This document shows, in pieces, positions 1-10,540 of a DNA stretch of 64,000 nt. The position numbers and the translations under genes were made by a program. The notes under the pieces were generated by a model that searched no databases, was not told the origin of the DNA, and saw nothing but the letters and a program-made list of their open reading frames with translations. The first letter of the stretch is position 1; each line of letters begins with the position of its first letter. Source of the stretch: a bacterium (GTDB lineage Bacteria > Patescibacteriota > Minisyncoccia > Phycocordibacterales > JAKAEA01); assembly GCA_021818465.1 (NCBI GenBank), contig JAKAEA010000001.1:41972-105971 (forward strand), written 5' to 3'.

Positions 1-22
1 AACACATCGCTGGTTTTTATTT

Positions 23-1144
23 TTATTTAAAATGCTTGGCTAGTTTTGGACCAACCTGCACAGCGTAATTAGAATTGAGAGCGTCATATGGCTGAAGTGG
101 CAGTTCGATCACCTTTTCAAAACGAATTTTAGCAATAGGCTGACCTTGGCGCACAATCAAATCTTCAAACGGTCGCACCTCCAGCGTCAGTGGCCGGCCC
201 TTACCTTCTCCGCGTTTTCCCCAACCCCAACCCGGATCAATAAAACCGGCGTAGTGAGAGCGAAATTCTCCGGATCGCTCGTCCATCGGTATCATCTCAC
301 AAGCAAACTCTGGCGGCACCCGCACATGCTCGTGCGTTGAGAGAATATAAAATGATCCTTTTTTGAGATATACATAATCACCCCTCTTTTTCACTGGTTT
401 GAAAAATTTTTTTGCATCGTAGAAAGCAATATGGGCCAAATCAACTGTTTGCGCACTAGAAATACCTTCCCACCCCAACACATCACCCTCAAGGTCTAAA
501 GTTAAAATAACAGAACTATCGTGATCGCGCACTTGAATATCGTCATAGCGATACGCCGTCCCCGTTCGTCGCCACAGCAACTTATGTTGCATGAACGCCA
601 CTTCTAATTCAAAGTCATTCAGACGAGTATCGCCATTAAAAAGTCGTAATTGGTTCAATGTCACACCGTTATAGAGTTTGATAGGGAAAGATTTGGGCAT
701 AATAGAAATCCAAATCGTTCCACGAAAACCGGCAGGTAGATAATCGTAGCGAGAAACACCATCCGCCAATAAACGAACATGTACATCAATTCGACCACTT
801 GTTGATTTCGGATTAGCTAAACCGTATACAGCCTCAGGAAGAAGTAAGGTCTCATTAAGACGAATGAGATACATTTCATTACGCTCAAGTGGCTGCGACA
901 AAGAATGTTTCGTTTTATGAATGCGACCAAGCACCCGTCGCACGGTCTCATGAGGCTTCGGTAAGAAAATGCCTTCCACATGATACACCTCATTGGAAAT
1001 TGATAAATCTAAAGATGATGGACGAACATTTTTGAGAAATGCTGTTTTGTCAGCACTTTTTATAAAACCGGCTGATACCAATTCATTCAACAGCTGTGCC
1101 GGCAACGCTCCCCGTTTATCGTTTATTGTGTGTATATCTTTCAT
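23..1144 (-). CDS. dcd: 2'-deoxycytidine 5'-triphosphate deaminase (long, duplicated-domain type)
   Basis: PSSLDL, NPKSTSGRIDVHVR and EFRSHYAGFIDPGWG motifs of the ~370-aa dCTP deaminase family. Confidence 0.85.
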   Translation of the reverse strand: MKDIHTINDKRGALPAQLLNELVSAGFIKSADKTAFLKNVRPSSLDLSISNEVYHVEGIFLPKPHETVRRVLGRIHKTKHSLSQPLERNEMYLIRLNETLLLPEAVYGLANPKSTSGRIDVHVRLLADGVSRYDYLPAGFRGTIWISIMPKSFPIKLYNGVTLNQLRLFNGDTRLNDFELEVAFMQHKLLWRRTGTAYRYDDIQVRDHDSSVILTLDLEGDVLGWEGISSAQTVDLAHIAFYDAKKFFKPVKKRGDYVYLKKGSFYILSTHEHVRVPPEFACEMIPMDERSGEFRSHYAGFIDPGWGWGKRGEGKGRPLTLEVRPFEDLIVRQGQPIAKIRFEKVIELPLQPYDALNSNYAVQVGPKLAKHFK

Positions 1145-1194
1145 ATCATCAACTAGCCCAACCTCGCCATAATAGATAATAATGCCACAAAAGT

Positions 1195-1218
1195 AAAACC
1201 CCGCCGCAGCGGGGTTTT
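1195..1218 (-). terminator. Intrinsic terminator hairpin
   Basis: AAAACCCCGC-CGCA-GCGGGGTTTT perfect inverted repeat just after the 1222 stop. Confidence 0.75.
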
Positions 1219-1221
1219 GTG

Positions 1222-1776
1222 TTATATATCTTTTATCATCTGATCAATAACAGCACCATCAACATAAATTCTGAATATTTCTTTTGGATGATAACGTGTT
1301 CCTTCGATAAACATGTGGTCTGAGGTCACTTTAAGCTTAAGGGAGTAAAAACAGGGCGCAAATTCAAAAGTAGATATTGAAACTGGTGGTTTTTCGCACA
1401 ATATCCACTGATCTGGTTTTCCACCAATACTGAGCGAATCTCGCATAATAACTCGAGAATAATGGAACGCAATGATATGACGTGTACTTATTGTCACCCG
1501 ATTAATAATGCCCGCCATTTCATACGGTACAAATACATTATTAATTTCTTTTCGAGGCCGTACGAACGTGACGCAAAGACCTTTAAGTTCGGAAAAAAAA
1601 TCTTGAATAAATCTTTCCCAAAAACGGAGTCGGCAATACTGTACACTTTGTGTGGCACCACATGCGTTCGTAAACACCATTTTATGAAGGTTGCTATTGA
1701 ATCTGTGTCTATTTTTTTTAAACCAATTTTGAAGATGCGTCTTTTCTATCCCATTATGGGATGATACTCCAGACAT
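1222..1776 (-). CDS. Hypothetical protein
   Basis: Open frame with AAGAAAGGGG RBS before ATG at 1776 (track start 1833) and its own terminator; no recognisable motif. Confidence 0.6.
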   Translation of the reverse strand: MSGVSSHNGIEKTHLQNWFKKNRHRFNSNLHKMVFTNACGATQSVQYCRLRFWERFIQDFFSELKGLCVTFVRPRKEINNVFVPYEMAGIINRVTISTRHIIAFHYSRVIMRDSLSIGGKPDQWILCEKPPVSISTFEFAPCFYSLKLKVTSDHMFIEGTRYHPKEIFRIYVDGAVIDQMIKDI

Positions 1777-1848
1777 ATAAACCCCTTTCTTGTAAAAGAA
1801 CTGTTTTGTATACCTACTCACAGTGCACACCACCGTGGGTTGGGTGAC

Positions 1849-2271
1849 TTATTTTACCTCAACACCCATAGATCGGGCAGACCCTTCAACAATACGAATT
1901 GCTGCTTCAAGTGAAGCGGCATTGAGATCAGGCATTTTCTTTTCGGCAATTTGTTGCGCTTGAGCTTTGGTAATAGAACCGATTTTGGCTGTATTAGGTT
2001 TACCCGAACCCTTCTCTTTACCCATGACTTTCAAAATAAGAGCGGACATCGGTTCAATTTTATAGGTAAGTGTATAGCTACGATCATCGTACACAGTGAC
2101 AATTGTTGGTACTGTTTCGCCGACACGCTGTTTTGTTTCATCATTAAAACGCTTGACGAATTCACCAATATTAATACCCGCTGAACCAAGAGCCGGACCC
2201 AGCTGCTGTCCCGGTACAGCTTTGCCGCCCGGAATTTGAAGTTTTAATTGTTTGACGATTTTTTTAGCCAT
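1849..2271 (-). CDS. rplK: 50S ribosomal protein L11
   Basis: KLQIPGGKA..LGPALG..GINIGEF and KMPDLNA..GSARSMG; follows nusG. Confidence 0.98.
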   Translation of the reverse strand: MAKKIVKQLKLQIPGGKAVPGQQLGPALGSAGINIGEFVKRFNDETKQRVGETVPTIVTVYDDRSYTLTYKIEPMSALILKVMGKEKGSGKPNTAKIGSITKAQAQQIAEKKMPDLNAASLEAAIRIVEGSARSMGVEVK

Positions 2272-2301
2272 ACGCTTGTTACGAGATTGTGCTAGCCTAC
2301 C

Positions 2302-2847
2302 TTATATTTTCTTTACTTGCAAGAAGTCCAATTCAACCGGTGTTTCTCGGCCGAACATATTAACCAACACCTTAATTTTACCGCGCTCTTCATCAACCTC
2401 ATTCACTCGTCCTTCAAGTTCCTTAAATGGACCGTCTACAATAGTAACTCGATCATCTATATCTAAATTAATAGCATGTTTGGGCGTCTCGGCATTCATT
2501 CGCGCAAAGAGTGATTCCACGTCAGCCTTGGGAATTGGTACGGGGTACACACCAGAACCAACGAAGCCGGTCACGCGCGGCGTGTTACGCACCACATACC
2601 AACTATCATCGGTCACCACCATTTCCACCATAATATATCCGGGATAAATTTTTTCTTCTTCTTCTGTGCGCTTGCCAGCCTTAACTTTAATCTTCTTCTC
2701 AGTTGGCACAATCACATTAAAAATTTTATCTTGCATATTGAGCGACTCGATGCGCTGACGCAAATTGCGCGCAACAGCGTTCTCGTACCCAGCATAGGTA
2801 TGAATCACGTACCAATTTCGTCCTTCGCCAATAGTTTGTTTTGACAT
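2302..2847 (-). CDS. nusG: Transcription termination/antitermination factor NusG
   Basis: WYVIHTYAGYE, PGYIMVEM, VRNTPRVTGFVG, KOW domain, FGRETPVEL. Confidence 0.98.
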   Translation of the reverse strand: MSKQTIGEGRNWYVIHTYAGYENAVARNLRQRIESLNMQDKIFNVIVPTEKKIKVKAGKRTEEEEKIYPGYIMVEMVVTDDSWYVVRNTPRVTGFVGSGVYPVPIPKADVESLFARMNAETPKHAINLDIDDRVTIVDGPFKELEGRVNEVDEERGKIKVLVNMFGRETPVELDFLQVKKI

Positions 2848-2856
2848 AGCGCAAGT

Positions 2857-3042
2857 TTAGAAATGAGCGAGTAAAAACTGCAACGCTTTGGAAAAAACGT
2901 AATCAAGTGCTCCAAGATACGCCGCAATACCAAGAGAAATACCAATAACAATAGCGGTATATATAACAGTTTGCCGACGGGTCAACCACGAGACATGTTT
3001 GAGCTCTGCTTGTGTTTCTTTAAGAAATGTTCCCAGTCCCAT
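2857..3042 (-). CDS. secE: Preprotein translocase subunit SecE
   Basis: ELKHVSW motif plus a single TM helix, directly upstream of nusG. Confidence 0.95.
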   Translation of the reverse strand: MGLGTFLKETQAELKHVSWLTRRQTVIYTAIVIGISLGIAAYLGALDYVFSKALQFLLAHF

Positions 3043-3128
3043 ATGTGTGTATTAATTTTTGTTATTAAAAACCGCCCCGCGGGCGCTTATGCGGATATAC
3101 TAGCACGCCCACAAGAATTGTCAATTGA

Positions 3129-3911
3129 CTACTGGATTTCGTAGGTAATGGTCACGTTATCGGTAACAGTATTTTGGCCAGTAGGGATAGGTGGGGTCGG
3201 CGATGCGGACGTGGAAGCAGCGGCTGCCGCATAGTAGAGAGGTCGTGGCGTATTATTTGATTCTTGAAAATTCGTAATCATACCTAGGTGCACACCGAGT
3301 TGCTGAGCAAGCGTTGCCGCCTTTTGTTGCGCATTGGCGATAGCTTGAGCTCGCGCCTGATCACGCACGGCATTGGGATCACTTTGCGTAAAGGTAATTC
3401 CACTGACATTGGTAATACCTAAATGACCAATCGCCTGCAGTAATTGACCAGTAGTAGAAGCGGTTTGCACTTTTACACTAACGGTTTGCGAAACTTCGTA
3501 GCCATCGAGCGTTTGACGAATCGGCGGACAACCATTGAGTGGACAGACGGTAGGTTGCGAAGAATATGTGTAGTGCGGACTGATAGAGTAATCGGTAGTT
3601 TGTAAGTCCTTATCGGCAACACCAGCATTTTTCATTGCGGCTAGGGCTTTAGTCGCGAGTGTGCTAGCAGCGTCCTGTGCGGCGGCGACTGTAGCAGCAG
3701 TTGTATCCACCGTGAAAGAAAATTGGGCTATATCAGGAATGGCTGTGGCCGTCCCCTCTCCAGAAACAGTGATGGTGGGAACGTTGGCAATAGTAGGTGT
3801 CGCGCTCAAACTGGAAAAAACACTGACAGCCACAGCAAGTAGTGCAAGCGATGCACATACAAGAAAAATAATAAGCACACTGCGAATAGTTTTTGACTCT
3901 AAAATGGACAT
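3129..3911 (-). CDS. SIMPL (DUF541) domain protein
   Basis: N-terminal TM; TITVSGEG..PDIA, A..KA..LA..LG pattern; C-terminal VTITYEI. Confidence 0.85.
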   Translation of the reverse strand: MSILESKTIRSVLIIFLVCASLALLAVAVSVFSSLSATPTIANVPTITVSGEGTATAIPDIAQFSFTVDTTAATVAAAQDAASTLATKALAAMKNAGVADKDLQTTDYSISPHYTYSSQPTVCPLNGCPPIRQTLDGYEVSQTVSVKVQTASTTGQLLQAIGHLGITNVSGITFTQSDPNAVRDQARAQAIANAQQKAATLAQQLGVHLGMITNFQESNNTPRPLYYAAAAASTSASPTPPIPTGQNTVTDNVTITYEIQ

Positions 3912-3940
3912 AGTAATAGATTACATTGATATGACCAACA

Positions 3941-4600
3941 TTATACCACGGACATATGACAGTGCAGGTGACGATAACTTGCAATAAGAAGTGTTAATAC
4001 ACTCATACCAAACAGCCATCCACCCACCACATCAGTCAGCCAATGAAAATCTAGTGCTATGCGCGAAATGCCAATAGCCACAATAAGAGCGACGGTCGTT
4101 ATTGCAATAAGCCAGCGCGCGAGCGGGCGATGTAGGTGATGCCAGAGTACGTAGCCAGCAAAACCATAGAAGACAACACTGATGAATGCGTGGCCGCTCG
4201 GATAACTTGCGCCCAGGCGACTAAATGAATACAACATTTGATGCGGTCGCGCTCGATTAAAAAAATCTTTTCCAGCAAACACGAGATCGACACCGAGCAC
4301 CAAACCAATAAAAAACAGAGCGGCCACAAGACGTTCTCGAATACGTAGTAGCACAAACAGCGCAATAAAAATAAAAAGAATTATATTAGTCGGATTGCAC
4401 AGACTGGTAACAAAAACGAGTGCGGCAAGAAGGGGTATGGAAAATGGACCGCCGGAAAATGACGACGTTGCATGATCAAGAGTAATGAGTGCTGGACACG
4501 TATGAGCATCAATACACCAACCGCCAGCTAAAAATAGTGCGAGAGGCACCGTAACTAAAACCCCGAAAATACTTAGTGCTAAAGTTTTTTTCATACCCAC
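3941..4600 (-). CDS. PAP2-family membrane phosphatase
   Basis: K-x5-RARP, YPSGH and SRIALDFHWLTDVVGG catalytic motifs. Confidence 0.9.
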   Translation of the reverse strand: MGMKKTLALSIFGVLVTVPLALFLAGGWCIDAHTCPALITLDHATSSFSGGPFSIPLLAALVFVTSLCNPTNIILFIFIALFVLLRIRERLVAALFFIGLVLGVDLVFAGKDFFNRARPHQMLYSFSRLGASYPSGHAFISVVFYGFAGYVLWHHLHRPLARWLIAITTVALIVAIGISRIALDFHWLTDVVGGWLFGMSVLTLLIASYRHLHCHMSVV

Positions 4601-5451
4601 GAAACGCGAGCAAAAATACCGGCTGGCAAAAGACGAGCATTGACACCTGATTCGGCGATAGTTAATTCCCCCATTTCTAACGCACCGTCCTCAAAAAATC
4701 CAGCGAGAGCGTTGGCGTAGGCAATCGCTGAGTAGCCAGCGGCATAGCCGTTCACTAAAAAGAAAATCGGCCGAGCTGATAGCGCTTGTCGACACTCCTC
4801 GAGCAAGTGTAAAAAATCGTCCTCAATTTTCCACACCTCACCTTTAGGCCCGCGTCCAAAAGCAGGCGGATCCAAAATGATACCATCGTACCGGCGGCCA
4901 CGACGTATTTCTCGCTTCACAAACGCCCGCGCATCATCTAAAATCCAACGAATAGATGCGTCACCCATCCCCGAAAGCGCAGCATTCTCCCGAGCCCAGT
5001 TAAGAGCGGCGCGTGAGCCATCTAGGTGCGTGACCTCGGCACCGGCGGCGGCAGCGGCTAATGTTGCTCCACCGGTATAACCAAAAAGATTTAGAATCGA
5101 AACTTTTTGCCCACTCCGAGAAATTTTTTTACTCAGCCATTGCCAATTGGCTCGCTGCTCCGGAAACAGTCCTGTGTGCTTGAACGACGACGGTCGTATC
5201 AAAAATTTTACATCAGCAAACGAAATTGGCCACTGCCGCAATACCTGAGCTCGAAATTTCCACCGCCGTTCTCGCACATCAAAAATCCCGTCTGCCTTCG
5301 TCCACTCCCCCGGAACGCGCTTGGGCCAAAGCGCTTGTGGATCCGGCCGAGCCAATAGCATGTCTCCTAGTCGCTCTAATTTTTCACCCGCGCCGCTATC
5401 CACCAACGCATAGTCGGCCTCCGGTTCAGTAACGAGAATTTGAGGATTCAT
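4591..5451 (-). CDS. Class I SAM-dependent methyltransferase (RlmI/RlmK-like)
   Basis: HTGLFPEQ, LNLFGYTGG, IILDPPAFGRG; start moved to ATG 5451, which follows a TATAAT box. Confidence 0.85.
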   Translation of the reverse strand: MNPQILVTEPEADYALVDSGAGEKLERLGDMLLARPDPQALWPKRVPGEWTKADGIFDVRERRWKFRAQVLRQWPISFADVKFLIRPSSFKHTGLFPEQRANWQWLSKKISRSGQKVSILNLFGYTGGATLAAAAAGAEVTHLDGSRAALNWARENAALSGMGDASIRWILDDARAFVKREIRRGRRYDGIILDPPAFGRGPKGEVWKIEDDFLHLLEECRQALSARPIFFLVNGYAAGYSAIAYANALAGFFEDGALEMGELTIAESGVNARLLPAGIFARVSWV

Positions 5452-5520
5452 CTTAGCTATTATACACGACGCGGCCACTAACCTCCGGAATTTTAAAATC
5501 CAAAAGTTACAAAGTAGTGT

Positions 5521-6807
5521 TTAATGTTCTACTTGTTTACCAAGGGTAACCTTAACAGTTTTTTGTGCACCATTGTGAAGAACAGTCAGAGTCACCGTGG
5601 CACCAACCTGCTCAGCACGAGTAAGATCGGTCAAATTGACATTGTTAGTGAGTTTAATGCCATTAAAATCCAGGATGATATCACCTGCAGCAAGACCGGC
5701 TGTAGCGGCTGGTGAATTTGGTACAACGGCAGGTTGATTACTGCCACTACCAGCCACAATAAGTGCACCGTAGGTCACAGAAAGTTTTTTATCTTTTGCC
5801 AGTGTTGGGGTGACCATAACATAACGCACACCCATATACGGAAATGTAATCGTGCCATTGGCTTCCACCGAGGCCACCGCTTCTTTAAGCATATTGCCCG
5901 GCAAAGCAAAACCAATACCCTGCGACCCTTGAGCAACAGCAACATTAACACCGATAACTTTCCCTAAAAGATCCAGAAGCGGACCGCCAGAATTGCCAGG
6001 ATTTATAGCGGCATCAGTTTGAATAACTTGCGGCAGTGATTCGGTGCCACCAGTGGCAGCGTCAGCAGCGGTAATAGAGCGAGATAAACCCGACACAACG
6101 CCTACCGAAACAGTATTCTGAAACTGACCGAGAGCATTACCAATAGCAATAACACTTTGCCCGAGTTGTAACTGACTGGAATTATCAAACGTTAAATAAG
6201 GGTACCCCGTTCCGGAAATTTTAAGAAAAGCAATATCGTCAGTGGAATCTTGTGCAATCACTTTTGCAGTATGCGACTGACCATCGTTTGTATAGACAGT
6301 GTACTCGGCATTCGGATCAGAAACGACGTGATCATTTGTGACTATGAGACCATTTGAGGACACAAAGAAACCTGAGCCGCCACCAACTTCCTGTTTTTTA
6401 GTACCCGATTGATAGTATTGCGGCACCTGCACAGAAAAACCACCACCATTACCAAAAAATCCAAAAGGATTAGGAATTTGTTCATTTTGAATATACTCCT
6501 TAAGAATGGGAACATTTTTTGTAATAATAATAGAAACGACAGCTGGATTAGCTTTTTTTACCGCAGCAATTACTGCTTGATCGTGAGATTGAGCTAACGA
6601 AATTGGTGTAGCCACGGGGTGAATATAGTTTTCAATTGCACCTCGATTTATGTAGGCAATACCGGCAATAATTGCCAATATAACTATAGTTACGCCAGCA
6701 TTAATACCGAGCGTCGCAAAAAAACGGCCAGTAAAAAAGGGGTGCTGCGAGGGTGACTCGACCGGAAGATCGTTGGGTAGTTGAGAAAGATTTTGTTGTT
6801 CATCCAT
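5521..6807 (-). CDS. htrA: HtrA/DegP-family serine protease with PDZ domain
   Basis: TM anchor, GSGF..VTNDHVV, QTDAAINPGNSGGPL, C-terminal PDZ. Confidence 0.93.
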   Translation of the reverse strand: MDEQQNLSQLPNDLPVESPSQHPFFTGRFFATLGINAGVTIVILAIIAGIAYINRGAIENYIHPVATPISLAQSHDQAVIAAVKKANPAVVSIIITKNVPILKEYIQNEQIPNPFGFFGNGGGFSVQVPQYYQSGTKKQEVGGGSGFFVSSNGLIVTNDHVVSDPNAEYTVYTNDGQSHTAKVIAQDSTDDIAFLKISGTGYPYLTFDNSSQLQLGQSVIAIGNALGQFQNTVSVGVVSGLSRSITAADAATGGTESLPQVIQTDAAINPGNSGGPLLDLLGKVIGVNVAVAQGSQGIGFALPGNMLKEAVASVEANGTITFPYMGVRYVMVTPTLAKDKKLSVTYGALIVAGSGSNQPAVVPNSPAATAGLAAGDIILDFNGIKLTNNVNLTDLTRAEQVGATVTLTVLHNGAQKTVKVTLGKQVEH

Positions 6808-6842
6808 AGGTTGTGTTGTATTTTTACTTTTATTTAAAAAAA

Positions 6843-7346
6843 TTACGGATGCAAGAAGAAAAGCTGGTCAAAGCCTGCATATTGTACGGTTGATGTTGCC
6901 CGAAGGGTGCAGATATCAAAAATTTTCTTAGTCGCGGGCACGAACGCTTGCAGGAGACGATTACGAGCAAACACAGTCGGATTCACAGCCATCGTGCTCG
7001 ACGCTCCCACCAAACCTAAAATGGTCTGAGCTTGTTGGTAATTTGTCGTGGTAGCAAACACAACAAGAATGGTGTTGGTGGCAATAGAACCAGCGGCAGC
7101 TTGGGCTTGAGTAGTTACATCACTCTCACATTTTACAAATTCTGCGGATGACAATGATTGAGAATGGTGCGTTAACGATACTGGCGGAACTTGGCGAACA
7201 CTATGTGCTGGCACCTGCTGTGAATGGCCAATAGTAACAAGCCCTGAAAACACAAGAGCTGCACACACAAGAGCAACACACACTACTACAAGTACGATGG
7301 TCAAGAGTATGGCGCGTGTGGGTGTAGAAGATTTATTTTTTTCCAT
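6843..7346 (-). CDS. Hypothetical membrane-anchored protein
   Basis: N-terminal hydrophobic helix; overlaps the dedA stop, so probably operonic. Confidence 0.65.
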   Translation of the reverse strand: MEKNKSSTPTRAILLTIVLVVVCVALVCAALVFSGLVTIGHSQQVPAHSVRQVPPVSLTHHSQSLSSAEFVKCESDVTTQAQAAAGSIATNTILVVFATTTNYQQAQTILGLVGASSTMAVNPTVFARNRLLQAFVPATKKIFDICTLRATSTVQYAGFDQLFFLHP

Positions 7347-7926
7347 AAAATTTTATACGAAACCAACCTAGAGCAACTGGTATGAGCGACACGATGATGA
7401 TGGCCAGTATGATAAATGATGTGTAGTGTCGAACAAAAGAAATTTGTCCAAGATAAAAAGAGAGAATGAGAAAACCAAGTGTCCAGAGTATGCCACCGGC
7501 AATATTATACAAAAGGAAGACCGTGTATTTCATCTCACCAATACCAGCAAAGATTGGTGTAAATGTCCGCACAATCGGCACAAAGCGAGCTAAAAATATT
7601 GCCGGGCCACCATAGCGAGCAAAGAATTTTTCTGTATCATCCAGATATCGTTTTTTAAGAAAACGACCAGTGTGTCGTTCTAAAAAATGTCTACCGAACT
7701 CACTGCCGGTCCAGTAACCGAGCGAATCCCCCGCAATGGCAGCGAGCGCCGCCAGCGGCAAGAGGATAGCAAGATTGAGTTTGCCGGCGCTCGCCAAAAG
7801 ACCAACCGTAAAGAGTAGCGAGTCACCAGGCAAGAAAAATCCCAAAAAAAATCCCGACTCGGCAAAAAGAGCAATAAAAACGCCCACATAACCAAACGCT
7901 AAAATAAACGATAGTAACAACGACAT
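7333..7926 (-). CDS. dedA: DedA family membrane protein
   Basis: FAESG..FFLPGDSLLF, GDSLGYW.G, ARFVPIVRTF. Confidence 0.92.
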   Translation of the reverse strand: MSLLLSFILAFGYVGVFIALFAESGFFLGFFLPGDSLLFTVGLLASAGKLNLAILLPLAALAAIAGDSLGYWTGSEFGRHFLERHTGRFLKKRYLDDTEKFFARYGGPAIFLARFVPIVRTFTPIFAGIGEMKYTVFLLYNIAGGILWTLGFLILSFYLGQISFVRHYTSFIILAIIIVSLIPVALGWFRIKFYGKK

Positions 7927-8534
7927 TATTTAAAACGACGAGCCATAACAATAGCCAACAAAAGTGCTGCTGTTGTTAATGACATAATAGGAATGGTCAC
8001 ATAGCCAAAATCCACAAAATATGTTTTAGCACAGGAAACACCGGTAATATTACAAGCGGCCAAGGCACCGGCATTAAACGTCGCTCCATAATACTGAAAC
8101 GCACTAATTAAAAAAGTAGCTACAGAAAGAACACCACTTATAGAAAACACTGGACCGAGGGGCTTACCGCGCCGTTCATACATAAGCGCCATAAAAAAAA
8201 TGATGACTTGCGGATATATAAAGATTCGCTGCCACCAACATAGCTCGCACGGCACAAACCCAACTACATTTGAAAAAAAGAGACTGCCCAAAACAGCTAG
8301 TGTACTTACAATGAGACCAAGACCTACAGCATTAGCACCAACCCAACTTACTAACGGACGAAATGGTTCAGCGGCACGAGCGTTTGCTGCAGTACCTACA
8401 CCATGCGACTGTGCACGCATACGCCACCCCACATACCATATCCCCAACCATACAACCAAAAGCAGTATGCCGATATCAGCAATCAGTGTTAGTAAAGAAA
8501 ATAACGTGGTTATGAAATTAAACAAGGGCGACAT
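7926..8534 (-). CDS. Disulfide bond formation protein (DsbB/BdbC family)
   Basis: PCELCWWQRIFIYP plus second Cys pair C-x5-C and FGYVTIP.M; probable start 8534. Confidence 0.88.
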   Translation of the reverse strand: MSPLFNFITTLFSLLTLIADIGILLLVVWLGIWYVGWRMRAQSHGVGTAANARAAEPFRPLVSWVGANAVGLGLIVSTLAVLGSLFFSNVVGFVPCELCWWQRIFIYPQVIIFFMALMYERRGKPLGPVFSISGVLSVATFLISAFQYYGATFNAGALAACNITGVSCAKTYFVDFGYVTIPIMSLTTAALLLAIVMARRFK

Positions 8535-8539
8535 ATATT

Positions 8540-9016
8540 TTATGACGACACAGGTGACGTTGCAGGTGACGTTGAGCCAACAATAGTTGCTTGCGAAGCA
8601 CCAAATGAACTGGGAGTAGTTGATGCAGCTGCAGATGGTAGTGGACAACCTGTTTCCGCGGAAAGCTGGGCGAGTGTTTGCACACCCTCTACACGTGTTC
8701 CATTAGCAAAAATCCAGGTAGGATATTCTTTAATCCCCTCATTAATACACACTTGCGTTTGACCATTAGCATCCGGTGTTGAACATTCGACGTATGGCAA
8801 CTTTGAAACGGCCGCACCAAAAAGAGCTTTTTCCGCCTGACAATGCGGACACCAAAATGCACCGTAAAACTTAGCGCCACTATTCGTAAGACACTGGGCA
8901 AACGCGGTTAAATTAGGACCACGAGAAGACGACGACATAAAACTTGTAAGGGTCACCACACCCGCAACAACAATAATAAGTATAATTATGAATATAATGA
9001 TGGTCTTGTTTTGCAT
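8540..9016 (-). CDS. Membrane-anchored thioredoxin-fold protein (VKOR-associated Trx-like)
   Basis: TM, then FYGAFWCPHCQAEKALFG..YVEC..C..I..YPTW. Confidence 0.8.
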   Translation of the reverse strand: MQNKTIIIFIIILIIVVAGVVTLTSFMSSSSRGPNLTAFAQCLTNSGAKFYGAFWCPHCQAEKALFGAAVSKLPYVECSTPDANGQTQVCINEGIKEYPTWIFANGTRVEGVQTLAQLSAETGCPLPSAAASTTPSSFGASQATIVGSTSPATSPVSS

Positions 9017-9036
9017 ACGGTAGATTTTTACACGCA

Positions 9037-9957
9037 CTACCCATTAACGCAAGCGTTGAAAGCTTCTACTTGTTGGTTATATACGGCAATTTCCGCTTTA
9101 AGACGCGTAACCACGCCATTATAGATATCAACATCATCGTTATAATGTTGAGCAATTTGATTGTAAGTACTGTTCTCATTAGGTGTACCAGTAGCGGTGG
9201 CAATAAGTGCTTGCTTAATAGAATCAAGCTGTTGACTTAAATCAGTGGCCTTTGTTTGGTTAGCGACAATAGCTTGGCGCAAACGACTATCAATTTGAGG
9301 ACACGATGAGAGAGGTTTTCCAAATTCTTGCACAGCCATCCACACTTCCTGTCCTTTATACATTCCCTTTCCCACCGCCACGCCAATATTCGTGTAGCGA
9401 TCGTTAAGAATGTTGGCACGATGTCCCGGACTCGCCATCCAAGCATCCATTAAATTTTGCGTGCTCATGAAATCCCCTTCTGCTAAATTTTCCCCTTCCA
9501 CAACATAGTTGTAACCAGCTTCAATAGCCAAGTCGCCTGGACCCACACCACTCGGTGAAATGTGTGCAAAATATTGTTCTTTAAAAAGATCATTCAGTTT
9601 TATTGCGGCAGCGGCATCAAGTAACACATTTTCTTGCAGCGGTGGTAACCCGGCAACATTTGCCCGTTCCATATTAGTTAAGACAATAATTTCAGTGGCA
9701 GTGATAACACTAGATTTTGCTAATGCAGTAGCTGTTGATGTGGCATTAGCGGTCGCCGCATTGGTGCTTGTAGCCGCCAACTCGATTGGCGTTGTAGAAG
9801 CGGGCGCAAAATTTGTTGGTGTACCCCACAGTGCTCCCACAATGGGCACCCTAGCTAATGCTCGTGTCAGCACCGGACCCTCAATGTGATCGACAATTAT
9901 GCCAGCCAAAAGAAGTCCGAGAATACTAATATATATAATGCTGCGAATCTTATGCAT
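9037..9957 (-). CDS. CAP/SCP domain protein
   Basis: LTN.ER, YFAH.SP, GENLA, WMASPGHRANIL, VQEFG. Confidence 0.9.
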   Translation of the reverse strand: MHKIRSIIYISILGLLLAGIIVDHIEGPVLTRALARVPIVGALWGTPTNFAPASTTPIELAATSTNAATANATSTATALAKSSVITATEIIVLTNMERANVAGLPPLQENVLLDAAAAIKLNDLFKEQYFAHISPSGVGPGDLAIEAGYNYVVEGENLAEGDFMSTQNLMDAWMASPGHRANILNDRYTNIGVAVGKGMYKGQEVWMAVQEFGKPLSSCPQIDSRLRQAIVANQTKATDLSQQLDSIKQALIATATGTPNENSTYNQIAQHYNDDVDIYNGVVTRLKAEIAVYNQQVEAFNACVNG

Positions 9958-10028
9958 ATAAAGAATGTACTCGGTGTAGTACGAACGAACTAGCTCTAAT
10001 AGTTCGCACAATACTATACAACCAAGTA

Positions 10029-10502
10029 TTAAAAGAAGTGAAACATGCCGCCAAGACTAAAACGTTTGCCAGCATTAAAAGTAAACAACATAAAAAGTGC
10101 TGCGGCGACCAGAAGATAATTGTTAACTAAATATGGCGATGAACTTCCACACAATACCCCTCCCGCACCCGTGCCGCACACATATGGAAACGCCAGTACC
10201 GGAAAGTACAGAAACAACATACATAGCATACCGATAAGTGAGGCAATGCGCGAAAAAATACCAGCAATGAGCAGTGCCCCAATAACGAGACAGCCGAATT
10301 TAAAAACCACCGCAAGAAGTGGCAAAAACGATGATGCGGCAAGCCCGTGGTAAAATCCAGTGAATGTCTGTGCTCCTGCGATAAATGCTGCCAGTGACCA
10401 CCCGGGCGTCCAAATTGCCGATAAACCGAAATTGAGAAAATATACGCCGACAACGAGTCGTAATATAAATAAACTGAGAGCCTGAAAACGACGAGTGTTC
10501 AC
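10029..10502 (-). CDS. DoxX-family membrane protein
   Basis: LRLVVGVYFL.FG, G.LLIAG.FSR.AS pattern, four TMs, extra Cys pair. Confidence 0.75.
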   Translation of the reverse strand: MNTRRFQALSLFILRLVVGVYFLNFGLSAIWTPGWSLAAFIAGAQTFTGFYHGLAASSFLPLLAVVFKFGCLVIGALLIAGIFSRIASLIGMLCMLFLYFPVLAFPYVCGTGAGGVLCGSSSPYLVNNYLLVAAALFMLFTFNAGKRFSLGGMFHFF

Positions 10503-10540
10503 CTTGTCATTCTAACACAGCCCACCGCGAGCGCCGAGTG

